In this document: positions 20,188-30,395 of the stretch, piece by piece
Numbering within the stretch: the first letter of the stretch is position 1
Layout of the letters: every line of letters starts with the position of its first letter
DNA from: an uncultured Candidatus Rokubacteria bacterium
GTDB lineage: Bacteria; Methylomirabilota; Methylomirabilia; Rokubacteriales; CSP1-6
Assembly (NCBI GenBank): GCA_963758635.1
Contig: CAVWWD010000008.1
Span: 352,001 to 416,000 of the forward strand
Direction: 5' to 3'
DNA: 64,000 bases
Made by a program: the position numbers and the translations under genes
Notes under the pieces: model-generated
What the model was told of the DNA's origin: nothing
What the model saw: only the letters and a program-made list of their open reading frames with translations
Database searches by the model: none

Positions 20188-20996
20188 ATGCCGCTCTCGG
20201 TCAAGGACCTGAGCATCGATCTCGCCGTCCGCTACGGCTTCCAGGTCATGGGCGCCGTCGTCATCCTGATCGTGGGCGCCCTCGTCGCCCGCTGGATCGG
20301 CCGGCTGGCCGAGGAGTGGCTCGAGCGCCGGCACACCGAGCCGCCCATCCGCACGCTGGCCGTGCGCGTGGTGCGCGTCGTCGTGCTCGTGTTCGCCCTG
20401 GTGGTGGCGCTCGACAAGTTCGGGTTCCAGGTCGCGCCGCTCGTGGCGGGCATCGGCGTGGCCGGCATCGGCATCGGCATCGCGCTGCAGGGCGTGCTCG
20501 TCCAACGTCGTCGCCGGCCTCACGATCATCCTGACCAAGCCCTTCCGCGTGGGCGAGCACATCGCGCTGCTCGGCGTGTACGGCGACGTGAGCCGCATCG
20601 AGCTGTTCTCGACGACGCTCGCGCATCCCGACCGGTCGCGCGTCGTCATTCCCAACCGGAAGATCGTCGGGGAGATCCTCCACAACTTCGGGACCGTGCG
20701 GCAGCTCCCGCTCACCGTCCACGTGGCGTACCGGTCGGATCCGGCGACGGTCCGTCGCCCTGGCCCGCGAGGTGCTGGCCGCGGACCCGCGCGTGCTGCG
20801 CGAGCCCGAGCCCGTGGTGGGGATCTCGGCGCTGGCCGAGTCCGGGATCGCGGTGGCGGTGAAGCCGTGGGTCGCGGTGGCCGACTTCGAGGGGGCCCGC
20901 GCCGAGATCTACCAGGCGCTCGTCGCCGGCCTCCGCGCGCGCTCGATCGACGTCGCGGTGCCGCGGCGCGAGGTGCGCCTGGAGTCCGCGGCCTGA
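20188..20996 (+). CDS. small-conductance mechanosensitive channel (MscS family); indels
   Basis: 3 TMs, GIALQG, KPFRVGE and IPNRKI. Confidence 0.88.
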
Positions 20997-21018
20997 GCGG
21001 GGCGGGCGCCGGCAGGGG

Positions 21019-21688
21019 TCACTCGAGCCAGCTCGAGACGCCGAGCGCGATCGCGCCGATGCCGAGGTACTCGTGCAGCACGACCTCGAAGGTGCGGCGG
21101 CGCCGCCACCAGTCGTCGGGGGAGAAGCCGCTCCGGGTGGAGGCGTGCACGGCGGCGTGCATCCCGTTCGCGGGCAGGCGCGTCCAGATCATCTTGACCC
21201 GCCGGGTGTGATCGGGCGAGGTGACGAGGATGACGTCGCCGGTAGCCCGCGGCGGCGGCGGCCTGCTGCACGACGCGCATCTCGGCCTCGGTGATCGCCA
21301 CGACCTCGGTGAGGGGGACGATGGCCGCGGCGGGAACGCCCAGCTTCTCGAGGGCGAGCCGCGCCTCCTCCTGGAAGGTGTGGGTGCGGATGCCGAAGCG
21401 CAGCAGCGCCACGTGGCCCCCGGTCATCCCCGGCCGGGACACGATGACCCGAGGGGCCAGGCCGCGCTTGAAGAGCTCTGCCGCCTCGCGCTCGCGGCCG
21501 GGCGTGCCGCCCGCCACGACCACGATCGCGTCGGCGGGGCCCAGCGGCTCGCTCACGATGAGCCAGCGGCCCACCGATCTCAAGACGGGCCCGGAGAGGA
21601 AGAGGCCGGCCACGACGAGGACGGCCACGCCGGCGAGGATGCCGGCGAGCCAGCGGGCGGCGCGGCGCCGCGTCGGCGGGCGGGTCAT
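21019..21688 (-). CDS. YdcF/DUF218-family protein; indel near 21240
   Basis: N-terminal TM, ADAIVVVAGG, ILVTSPDHTRR and HEYLG. Confidence 0.8.
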
Positions 21689-22824
21689 CGGGGCGGGAGC
21701 CCGGACAGGTACTCCCGGATGCGCGGGGCATCTGCGGCGTCGGGACTGATCTCGAGGTAGCGCTCCCACGCCGCGCGCGCCTCTGCGCGCGCTCCGGCCT
21801 GGTAGTACAGGACTCCGAGCTGCCGGTAGGGCTCGGCCAGCGCCGGGTCGAGGGCGGCGGCGCGCTCGTAGGCTCCACGGGCGCGCGCCACCAGGGCGGC
21901 GGCGTCGGCCGGGCGCCGCTGCGCCTCCAGCCGGAGGATCTCGCCCTCCGCCACGTGCGCTGGCGCGTCGGCCGGCGCGACGGCGAGCGCGCGGTCGATC
22001 TGGGTCCGGGCGAGCGCGAAGCGCCCCGCCCGGGCGGCGAGCACGGCGTTGTCGCGCAGGACGGGCCGAAGCCGGCGGTCGAACTCCTCCGCGTCGCGGG
22101 CCGGGCCGTCGGGCGGCGGCGGGTCGGAGCGCGCTTGCAGGAGGTCTCGGGCGGAGTCGAGGCGGTCGGCGCGCCCGCGCCGGCTCCCCAGGAAGAACGG
22201 TCCCGCGGCGTCGGCCGTCTCGTCCGCGGCCAGGCGCTCGAAGATCCGGACGAACTCGCGCGGGTCGTAGCCAGCGCGCGCCATCGCCTCGATGGCCGCC
22301 CGGTCCGCGTCGCGCTCACGCTGGCGGCCCTGACCGTCCAGGTCGGCGGCGCGGGCCATGGGCAGATCGGCCCCCACGAAGAGCGGGGGGGTCGGGGGAA
22401 AGCCGTCGGCGGACGCCGTGGCGCCGGGCGCTGCCGCGTGACGGGCGGCCGCGTGCGCCACCTCGCGCCCGAGCACGGCGGCGAGCTGCGCCTCGTTGTC
22501 GACGCGCGCGAGGAGACCGGTGTGCACGGCGACGGTGCCGTCGGGCAGGGCGAAGGCGCCGGGCAGGGGCTCGCGCAGCACGAGCACCGTCATGGCGGGC
22601 GCGTCGGCGGGCGCGAGGCGCCGCGCGATCGTCGTGAGGTAGGCGGCGAGCGCGGGGTCGTCGTAGGCGCGCGCGCCGCCGGCAAGCCGGCGCGATTCCT
22701 TCTCGGCCTCCGCGCGGCGCTTCTGCTCGTCGGACGGCAGCCGCGCGTCCTGCGGCGGGCGTCCGGAGTCGGCGAGCGCGGACGCGCAGCCGCCGAGCGC
22801 GAGGATGACGCCCACGACGCCCAA
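21685..22824 (-). CDS. M48 peptidase-like lipoprotein with C-terminal TPRs; zinc motif degenerate (REVAH); start uncertain
   Basis: LGGC lipobox, AFALPDG, TGLL, EAQLAAVLGREVAH, ERDAD and GYDP. Confidence 0.8.
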   Translation of the reverse strand: MGVVGVILALGGCASALADSGRPPQDARLPSDEQKRRAEAEKESRRLAGGARAYDDPALAAYLTTIARRLAPADAPAMTVLVLREPLPGAFALPDGTVAVHTGLLARVDNEAQLAAVLGREVAHAAARHAAAPGATASADGFPPTPPLFVGADLPMARAADLDGQGRQRERDADRAAIEAMARAGYDPREFVRIFERLAADETADAAGPFFLGSRRGRADRLDSARDLLQARSDPPPPDGPARDAEEFDRRLRPVLRDNAVLAARAGRFALARTQIDRALAVAPADAPAHVAEGEILRLEAQRRPADAAALVARARGAYERAAALDPALAEPYRQLGVLYYQAGARAEARAAWERYLEISPDAADAPRIREYLSGLPPR

Positions 22825-22879
22825 AAGCTTGGTGGCGCGCGCACGCCGGCGGTAGCATGAGCCGCAGGAGGTGACGCGG

Positions 22880-23275
22880 ATGCGCCGTATGGCCGTGCTC
22901 GCGATCTCGCTCGTGATCCTCGCTGGATGCGCGTCGTCGGCCTCGCGGCCGCAGCGCAGCGAGTTCGAGGACGTACCGGTGCCGAAGGGCCTGACGCTGG
23001 ATTCGTCCAAGTCGACGATCATCGAGTCCCCGTCGGTCAAGGCAGCCCGGCTCTTCTACAAGGGGCGTCTCGAGCCGGATAGCCTCGGGACGGCCTTCCG
23101 CACCACGCTCGAGGCCAACGGGTGGAAGCAGTTGTCGTCCACGCTGTCCTCGGGGAAGGGTACCACGCAGATCTACGAGAAGGCCGGCAGCTCCCTCCAG
23201 ATCCTGATCTACGAGGGCATGTACTACACGTGGGTGGAGCTGTCCGCCACCCGCGTCGTCGCCACCCCGCGATAG
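22880..23275 (+). CDS. hypothetical lipoprotein
   Basis: RBS aggagg, LAGC lipobox, FEDVPVP motif. Confidence 0.8.
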   Translation: MRRMAVLAISLVILAGCASSASRPQRSEFEDVPVPKGLTLDSSKSTIIESPSVKAARLFYKGRLEPDSLGTAFRTTLEANGWKQLSSTLSSGKGTTQIYEKAGSSLQILIYEGMYYTWVELSATRVVATPR

Positions 23276-23297
23276 GGAAGGGCGTCCGCCCCACTAG

Positions 23298-23403
23298 CGG
23301 ATCATCCGGCCGCGGGGTGGGGCCGGGCGCAGCCCGGGTGCCCGCGCTCATCACGGATCGTCTGGCCGCAGAGGGCGGGCGGGCGCAGCCCGGGGGCCCG
23401 CCC
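23298..23403 (+). repeat. repeat family 2, two tandem copies between convergent genes
   Basis: gggcgcagcccgggtgcccgc and gcgggcgggcgcagcccgggggcccgc, 56 bp apart. Confidence 0.85.
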
Positions 23404-24891
23404 TATGGTGAATGCCAGCTGCGGCCGTCGCGCTCGAGGAGCGTGTCGGCCTCGGGCGGTCCCCACGTCCCGGCCTCGTGGTTCGGGAGCTTGGCTCGGG
23501 TCGCCGGCGCTCCAGGCCTGGAGCACCGGCTCGAGCAGCTCCCACGCCATCTCCACCCAGTCGCCCCGCGCGTAGAGCGTGGCGTCGCCCTTCATGGCGT
23601 CGAGCAGCAGGCGCTCGTACGCTTCCGGCGTCTCGCCGCCGAACGTCTTCAGGTACTCGAAGTCCATCTCGACGGGACGGATCGTGAGCTCGGGGCCGGG
23701 CACCTTGCCGTTGAACGAGAGCGAGATGCCCTCGTCGGGCTGGATGTGCAGCACGAGCCGGTCGGGCTGGACGGGCGCCTCGCCCCGGCGGAAGACGAGG
23801 TGCGGGGTCGGGCGGAACTGCACCGCGATCTCGCTCGCGCGGCGGGGCAGCCGCTTGCCGGTGCGCAGGTAGAAGGGGACGCCGGCCCAGCGCCAGTTGT
23901 CCACCCGGAGCCTGAGCGCCGCGTAGGTCTCGGTGAGCGAGGCGGGGCGCACACCGGCCTCCTCGCGGTAGCCGCGGACGCGGCGCCCATCGACGAAGCC
24001 GGAACCGTACTGGCCGCGGACGGCGACCTGGTCCACCTCGTCGGGGCCGATGGGCCGGATCGCGCGCATCACCTTGGTCTTCTCGTCGCGGACGGGGGCG
24101 GCATCGAAGGTGGCGGGCGGCTCCATGGCGACCAGGCACAGGAGCTGGAGGATGTGGTTCTGGATCATGTCGCGCAGCGCCCCGGCCTCCTCGTAGTACG
24201 AGCCCCGCGACTCGACGCCGATGGTCTCGCCCACCGTGATCTGCACGTGATCGACGAGGTTCCGGTTCCAGAGCGGCTCGAAGATCGCGTTGGCGAAGCG
24301 GAGGACGAGGATGTTCTGGACGGTCTCCTTCCCGAGGTAGTGGTCGATCCGGTAGACCTGGTCCTCGGAGAAGACGCCGGCCACCGTCTGGTTCAGCGCC
24401 TGCGCGGAGCGCAGGTCACGCCCGAACGGCTTCTCGATCACGATACGCGTCCAGCTGCCCTCGACCGGCCGGTTCAGTCCCGCCTCGCCGAGCCGCGTGA
24501 CCACGGTGGGGTAGACCGACGGCGGGGTGGAGAGGTAGAAGAGCCGGCTGCCGCCGGTGTTCCGCTCACGCTCCACCCGCTGGAGGTGCTCGGCGAGCCC
24601 CTGGTAGAGGGCGGGGTCGGCGGGATCGCCCGTGTAATAGAAGAGGCCCGACGCGAAGCGGTCCCACACGCGCTGCGACGGCGGCTGCACGCGGGCGAAG
24701 TCGGCGATGGCCTGCCGCATGCGGGTGCGGAACTCCTCGTCGGTCATCGGCGAGCGTGCCACGCCGATGACGGCGAACGGCTCGGGCAGGACGCGTCCCT
24801 GGAAGAGCGACCAGAGCGCGGGCACCAGCTTGCGCTTGGTGAGGTCCCCGGATGCTCCGAAGATCACGACGGTGCAGGATTCCTCGGCCAC
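23403..24891 (-). CDS. zwf: glucose-6-phosphate 1-dehydrogenase; indel near 23495
   Basis: [20 protein letters not shown] and YERLL; true end GTWGP...WHSP* at 23403. Confidence 0.95.
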
Positions 24892-24921
24892 GGTTGGAGC
24901 GCCTCCTCCCTGTCGGTCCGC

Positions 24922-25656
24922 TCATTCCTCGGGATGCTTCTCGGTGAACTGCCTGATCAGCTCGGCGGCCCGAGCGGCCAGGGAGTTGCCGGGTTGCTGC
25001 CGCGGCGGGTCGGGATCGGCGGACGGCCGTCGCGGAGGCGTGGGTGCGGTCGCGACCGGGGCGGGGGGAGGCGGCGAGGGGGCGGCCCGCGCCGGGCTCG
25101 CGGCGGCCCGCGCAAGCTCCGGGGCCACGCCCGGCGTGGGCGGCCTCGGCGGAGGTGACGCCGCAGGCGCGGCGGGACGCGCCGCTGCCGGGCGCGCGGC
25201 GGCGGGCGCCTCCGACCCAGCCTCGAGCTGGGCGATCTTGGCCACCCGTCGGGCGTGGCGCTCCTCCGCGGAGAAGCGCGCCCCGAGCCACGCGCGGGCC
25301 ACCTCGATGGCCGTGCCCTCGTCGAGCACGCGCGCGCCCAGGCAGAGCACGTTGGCGTCGTCGTCCTCGCGGCTCTGGCGGGCCGTGAAGAGGTCGTGGC
25401 ACAGGGCGGCGCGGATGCCGCGGAGCTTGTTGGCGGCGATGGACGCGCCCACGCCGCTGCCGCACACGAGGATCCCAACGTCGACGAAGCCGCGGAGCAC
25501 CGCCTGGCCGACGGACTTCGCGAAATCGGGATAGTCGACGGGATCGGTCGAGAACGTGCCGAGGTCGAGGACATCGTGCACGTCCGCCTCGAGCGCCGTC
25601 GTGAGCGGCGCCTTGAGGGCGAACCCCGCGTGATCACAGCCGATGGCAATCCGCAT
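24922..25656 (-). CDS. rpiB: ribose-5-phosphate isomerase B with Pro/Ala-rich C-terminal tail
   Basis: GCDHAG, DYPD, CGSGVG, ANK and NVLCLG. Confidence 0.9.
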   Translation of the reverse strand: MRIAIGCDHAGFALKAPLTTALEADVHDVLDLGTFSTDPVDYPDFAKSVGQAVLRGFVDVGILVCGSGVGASIAANKLRGIRAALCHDLFTARQSREDDDANVLCLGARVLDEGTAIEVARAWLGARFSAEERHARRVAKIAQLEAGSEAPAAARPAAARPAAPAASPPPRPPTPGVAPELARAAASPARAAPSPPPPAPVATAPTPPRRPSADPDPPRQQPGNSLAARAAELIRQFTEKHPEE

Positions 25657-25674
25657 GGCGGGTCTCGAGCGCGC

Positions 25675-27135
25675 CTATTCTCTCAGGACTTCCCTCGGGG
25701 TCACAACGGTCTCGTACAGGCGTACCTGACGCTCGAGCGCCCTCCGGTAGATCTCGTGACGCCTCGCGTCCGGCGTCACGAGCGTGCCGTCGAGCGGGCC
25801 GGGGGGGATGGCGTGCCCGAGCGTGGCCAGGGCGAGGATCGCCGCCCCCCGGCTCGAGGCCTCGGCCTCGCTGGACAGCGTCAAGGGGACGCCGAGCGCG
25901 TCGGCCACGATGCCCGTCCAGACCGGCGAGCGGAGCAGCGCGCCCCCGGAGGCGACGACGGCGTGCCCGGGGTCGGCCACGGGCGCCAGGCGCGAGTGGA
26001 TCAGGGCCAGCCGGTAGGCCACCGCCTCCATCAACGCCCGGAGGATCTCCACCGGCGAGGTCCCGAGGTGCAGGCCGGTGAGAGCGGCCCGTGCCTCGTC
26101 GCGCCAGCCCGGGCTGCGCTCGCCCGCGATGAAGGGCAGGGCGACCAGGCCGTGACCGGCCGGCGGGAGGTCGGCGAGCGCGCGGTCGACCGCGTCGTCG
26201 TCGTCGCCGAGGGCGAGGACACGCCGGCACCAGGCCACGACGTTGCCACCCTCCGAGGTGGCGCCGCCGACGATCGAGCGCGCGTGGTCCACGCGGTAGC
26301 GCCAGAGGCCGGGCGGGGGCACGACGGCGGCCTCGGTGACGAGGCGCAGCGCGGCCGACGTGCCCACGTTCAGGCCGATGCGCGTCGAGTCGGCGCACCC
26401 GGAGCCGATGCTCGAGCAGGCGCCGTCGCCCCACGCCGGCAGCCACCGCGCGTGCGCGAGCCCGGGCCAGCGCCTGGCCCACCGGGGCGCGAGCGGCGTC
26501 GCCGCGCCATCGTCGATCGGGGGCAGGCGATCCGCCGGGACCTCGACGACCTCGAGCATCCCCGGATCCCACCGGCGCGCGTCCTGATCCAGGAGACCCG
26601 TGCCCGAGGCCATCGAGAGACTCGTCCGCCACTGCCCGGTGAGGCGCTCGAGAAGGTACTCGGCGAATCCGGACCATCGGCGGGCGCGCGCGAAGACGTC
26701 CGGGTGCGCCTCGCGGAGCCAGCGGAGCTTGGCGGGGAAGAAGGCGGCGTGGAGCGGCGCGCCGGTGCGCCGGCGCACCGCTTCCTCGTCGAGGGTCGCG
26801 CGGAGGGCGGCGGCGGCGGCCGCGCTGCGCGTGTCGGCCCACGTGATCACCGGAGTGAGGGGGCGCCCGTCGTCATCGAGCGCGAGCAGGCCGTGCCAGA
26901 ACGCCGAGATCCCCACCGCGTCCACCGCCGGCCCGCCGCCGGCCTCGGCGAGGCACTCGTCGATCGCGGTGGCGACGGCGTCGATGAGCACGTCGGGATC
27001 GAGCTCGATGGCGCCGTCGGCGCTGGCGTTCGCCGCGTACTCGACGCGGCCGTCGGGACCGGCGGGACGGCCGTCCTTGTCGAAGGCGATGGCCCGGGTC
27101 GAGCTGGTGCCGACGTCGATCGCGAGGACGCGCAT
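25675..27135 (-). CDS. gntK: FGGY-family gluconokinase
   Basis: DVGTSS, TWAD, GDGACS, GTS and GERSPGW; next to zwf/rpiB. Confidence 0.8.
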   Translation of the reverse strand: MRVLAIDVGTSSTRAIAFDKDGRPAGPDGRVEYAANASADGAIELDPDVLIDAVATAIDECLAEAGGGPAVDAVGISAFWHGLLALDDDGRPLTPVITWADTRSAAAAAALRATLDEEAVRRRTGAPLHAAFFPAKLRWLREAHPDVFARARRWSGFAEYLLERLTGQWRTSLSMASGTGLLDQDARRWDPGMLEVVEVPADRLPPIDDGAATPLAPRWARRWPGLAHARWLPAWGDGACSSIGSGCADSTRIGLNVGTSAALRLVTEAAVVPPPGLWRYRVDHARSIVGGATSEGGNVVAWCRRVLALGDDDDAVDRALADLPPAGHGLVALPFIAGERSPGWRDEARAALTGLHLGTSPVEILRALMEAVAYRLALIHSRLAPVADPGHAVVASGGALLRSPVWTGIVADALGVPLTLSSEAEASSRGAAILALATLGHAIPPGPLDGTLVTPDARRHEIYRRALERQVRLYETVVTPREVLRE

Positions 27136-27206
27136 CGCCCCATATGAACCGGAGGCCGGCCGGCAGTCAATCTTCCCGCGCCGCCGCCGCGTGATAGCCT
27201 GACCTC

Positions 27207-27839
27207 GTGCCGCCCCACCCCGCGCTGCTCGTCGCGTTTCTGCTCCTGGCCTCGGGCGCGTACGTCTCCGCGTCGCCGCCGGCGGTCGAGCTGTCGGCGG
27301 ACGACCAGCAGCGACTCGCCGCGGGCGAGGTGATCGTGCTCGACGCGCGCCCGCCCGGGGCCAGCGACGGCGCGGACGGGGGTACGGCGATGGGACGGGT
27401 GGCCGCCTCGCCCGAGGCGGTGTGGCGCATCATCGTCGACTACCGGAACCACACGACGATCTACCCGCGCGTGGTCAGCGCGGAGGTGGTGCGCGCGGAC
27501 GAACGGCAGGTCCGCGTGCGCTACGGGCTCTCCCTCGGCTTCATGTCGGTCGATCTCGTCATGGACAAGTATCCGGACGCGACGCGCCGGCGCACCGAGT
27601 GGCGGCTGGCCGAGGACCCGCCCAGCCGGTTCTTCCTCGAGAACTCCGGCTACTGGCAGGTCGACGCGGCGCCGGGCGGGAGTCTCGTGACCTACGCGGT
27701 GGCCACGCGCACGATGCTGCCCGCGTTCATGACCCGCGGCTCGCAGCGTGAGAACCTGGTCGCCACCGTCGAGGCCCTCCGCCGCCGCGCGGTTGAGCCA
27801 GCGGAGAACGCCCGCGAGCCGGCGAGGCCGAGGCGATAG
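27207..27839 (+). CDS. exported SRPBCC/START-domain protein
   Basis: Signal peptide; ASPEAVW..I.DY and G.W motifs. Confidence 0.75.
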   Translation: MPPHPALLVAFLLLASGAYVSASPPAVELSADDQQRLAAGEVIVLDARPPGASDGADGGTAMGRVAASPEAVWRIIVDYRNHTTIYPRVVSAEVVRADERQVRVRYGLSLGFMSVDLVMDKYPDATRRRTEWRLAEDPPSRFFLENSGYWQVDAAPGGSLVTYAVATRTMLPAFMTRGSQRENLVATVEALRRRAVEPAENAREPARPRR

Positions 27840-27860
27840 CTCCGGAGTCTCCGTTTGCGA

Positions 27861-27898
27861 TTGTCGTGTAGGTATCGGTGGATATAGTGCATGCATGC
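27861..27898 (+). promoter_or_regulatory. sigma70-like promoter with overlapping palindrome (possible TA operator)
   Basis: TTGTCG-16 nt-TATAGT followed by tgcatgcatgc. Confidence 0.5.
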
Positions 27899-27948
27899 GA
27901 AAGCAGGCGAAGCGATCGGTGGGACGTTGGCGCGGGAGGCCGAGGGCG

Positions 27949-28206
27949 ATGGGCGCGACCGTGCAGTACACGGTGCGCAGCGTGCCCATGCACGTGGACC
28001 GGGCACTGAGACGCAAGGCGATCGATGAGCGAAAGAGCCTCAACGAGGTCCTGCGGGATGCCCTGGTGCGCGAGGCCGAAGGGCCGGACCTGCCCGGACG
28101 CGTGTATACCGACCCGGACGTGCTGGCCGGTTCCTGGGTGGAGGTCCCGGGCTTCGAGGAGGCCCTCGCCGACCAGGATCAGGTGGACGAGTCGCTCTGG
28201 CGATGA
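27949..28206 (+). CDS. ribbon-helix-helix antitoxin (VapB-like); alternative in-frame start at 27895
   Basis: QYTVRSVP..VDRALRRKA...KSLNEV; acidic C-terminus; ATGA overlap with the PIN gene. Confidence 0.8.
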   Translation: MGATVQYTVRSVPMHVDRALRRKAIDERKSLNEVLRDALVREAEGPDLPGRVYTDPDVLAGSWVEVPGFEEALADQDQVDESLWR

Positions 28207-28421
28207 GAATCGCGATCGACACGAACCGCTTCGTCGACTTCGCGAAGGGTCTTCCCGAGGCGGTGGAGCGATTCCGGCGGGCTGATCATCAGCTCCGACG
28301 GCAGGGCACACCGATCCCCACGAACGACCTCTGGATCGCCGCACTCGTCGTGCAGCATCAGCTCCATCTCTTCGCGCGCGACGCGCACTTCGACCGCCTG
28401 CCGCAAATCCCGCGCCTCTGA
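28203..28421 (+). pseudogene. vapC: VapC/PIN toxin with in-frame internal deletion (72 aa)
   Basis: IAIDTN start and GTPIPTNDLWIAA...RDAHF end are present; the central segment is missing. Confidence 0.75.
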
Positions 28422-28558
28422 CCGGACTCGCACCTGTTCGGCGCGGGGGGGCGCCAGGAGTCGAGAAGGGTGCTGACGCGGGGGGCGGCCGGGCTCGGCG
28501 TCTGTCCCTGGTACACTGTGGACCGCGGCCACGTCACCCTCCGGAGGCGTCGAAAACG

Positions 28559-28780
28559 ATGGCGGAACCCGAGTGGGAGCTTCTCACCGTGCGCGGTCTG
28601 GCCATGACCGACGAGAGCGCCTCCGAGTTCGTGGGAACGTTCGTCATCCACCGCCGCGGGAGCGCCGAGCCGGTGGAAAACGTCACCGTGCGTGTCAAAC
28701 GCAGCGTCCTCGAAGAGGTCTCCACCACCCTCCAGCGTCTCCTCGCGCGCTCCACTCGTTACTCCACCGGATCCCGATAA
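28559..28780 (+). CDS. small hypothetical protein, first gene of the UGSC operon
   Basis: RBS ggagg, GC3 bias, 12 nt before the next start. Confidence 0.7.
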   Translation: MAEPEWELLTVRGLAMTDESASEFVGTFVIHRRGSAEPVENVTVRVKRSVLEEVSTTLQRLLARSTRYSTGSR

Positions 28781-28792
28781 CAGGGAGAGCCA

Positions 28793-29326
28793 ATGGCCAC
28801 CGTCACCGTGCTGAGTCCCGTGGGCGAGCTCCGCGCCGCCAGCCTGGTCGTCCCCGCGCTGCCGGGCGACCTCCGCGGCCTCACCGTGGGCTTCCTCGAC
28901 AACACCAAGAGCAACTTCGACCGCCTCGTCACCGAGATGGGCGCGATGCTCGTGGAACAGTGGGGCGTCAAGCGCGTCGTGCACCGGAAGAAGGCGAACG
29001 CCGCCACGCCCGCCGCGCGCGAGATCGTCGAGGGCCTCGCCAAGGACTGCGACCTCGTCTTCGCCGGATCCGCGGACTGAGGATCCTGCACGTCGTGGAG
29101 TCTCCACGACACGCTGGAGCTGGCGCGAGGCGGGACCCCCGCCGGGCTCATCGCCACCTCGGTGTTCCAGAAGCTGGCGCTGGCCGAGATGGGAGCGCTG
29201 GGGGTGACCGGGCTCCCGCTCCTCGTCATCGACCATCCGCTGGGCGGCGAGAAGCCCGAGAGCGTGAGCCGGCGAGCGCGGCAGGCGATCGAGCAGCTCG
29301 CCGGCCTGCTCCCGCGACGTTCCTGA
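28793..29326 (+). CDS. UGSC-family selenoprotein (Sec at TGA 29078-29080), 177 aa
   Basis: Frame continues past TGA as D-U-GSCTSWSLHD...HPLGG...PRRS*, ending 7 nt before the next gene; SECIS-like hairpin follows. Confidence 0.9.
29092..29110 (+). promoter_or_regulatory. bacterial SECIS-like stem-loop
   Basis: gtcgtgga-gtc-tccacgac, a perfect 8-bp stem starting 11 nt after the UGA with G-U in the loop. Confidence 0.8.
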
Positions 29327-29333
29327 GGGCGCG

Positions 29334-30395
29334 ATGACGTTGTCCGAGCCCGTCGTCCGGCAGCTCGAGCTGGACGAGGACGAGGTCTACGCGGAGTTCG
29401 TCCGCCGGCAGTGGTGCGACGGGCTCCCCATCGTGGCGCCCACCCCCGCGCGCGTCGCGGCCATGCTCGCGGGCGCCGATCCCGCCGAGTCGCTCGGGGT
29501 CATGCCTCCGCTCTGGCGTGACTGCACGCTGGAGAAGCTCGCGGTCAACGCCGTCATGGCCGGTGCGGAGCCGCGCGCCTTCCCGATCATCGTGGCCGCG
29601 GCGGAGGCGGTGCTGGATCCCGCGTTCAACCTCTACGGCGTCCAGGCCACGACCCATCCGGTGGCGCCGCTCGTGATCGTCAACGGGCCGTACGGGCGCG
29701 CGGTGGGCATGCACGGAGGCGCCGGCCTCTTCGGCCCCGGCTTCCGCGCCAACGCCACCATCGGCCGCGCGCTCAGGCTGGCCCTCCTGAACATCGGCGG
29801 TGGCTGGCCGGGGCGCCACGACATGGCGACCCAGGGGAGCCCGGCCAAGTTCTCCTTCGCCGTGGCCGAGGCCGAGGACCTGTCCCCGTGGACGCCGCTG
29901 TCCGAGTCGCTCGGCTTCGCGCCGGGCCAGGACGTCGTCACCGTGTACGGCGGCGAGGCGCCCCACAACGTCAACGACCACGTGTCGACGACCGCCGCCG
30001 GCGTGCTCAACAACGTGGCCGACGTGGCGACCACGCTCGGCTCCAACGTCGGCTGGTACTTCTCCCAGAGCCAGCTCCTCGTGGCGCTGGGCCCCGAGCA
30101 CGCCGCCACCGTCGCCGCCGACGGCTTCTCGCGCGCCGACGTGCAGCGCTTCGTCTTCGAGCACGCGCGCCTGCCGCTCGGCCGCCTCAAGCTCGGCGGC
30201 ATGTGGGGCATCCACGACTGGCCGCTCTGGATGCAGAAGGTCACGGACGAGAGCGCGCTCCTGCCGCAGGTGCCGGCGGCGGAGGATGTCCTCGTCATGG
30301 TCGGCGGCGGGCCGGGCAAGCACTCGTCGGTGGTGCCGAACTGCTGCTTCAGCCGGGCGGTCAGCCGGCCGATCGGCCGGCGCCCCGCGCCCTGA
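29334..30395 (+). CDS. conserved hypothetical protein, partner of the UGSC protein
   Basis: WCDGLPIVAPT..RV..ML, AVNAVMAG, RANATIGRA and VGGGPG; C-terminal CC. Confidence 0.85.
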   Translation: MTLSEPVVRQLELDEDEVYAEFVRRQWCDGLPIVAPTPARVAAMLAGADPAESLGVMPPLWRDCTLEKLAVNAVMAGAEPRAFPIIVAAAEAVLDPAFNLYGVQATTHPVAPLVIVNGPYGRAVGMHGGAGLFGPGFRANATIGRALRLALLNIGGGWPGRHDMATQGSPAKFSFAVAEAEDLSPWTPLSESLGFAPGQDVVTVYGGEAPHNVNDHVSTTAAGVLNNVADVATTLGSNVGWYFSQSQLLVALGPEHAATVAADGFSRADVQRFVFEHARLPLGRLKLGGMWGIHDWPLWMQKVTDESALLPQVPAAEDVLVMVGGGPGKHSSVVPNCCFSRAVSRPIGRRPAP

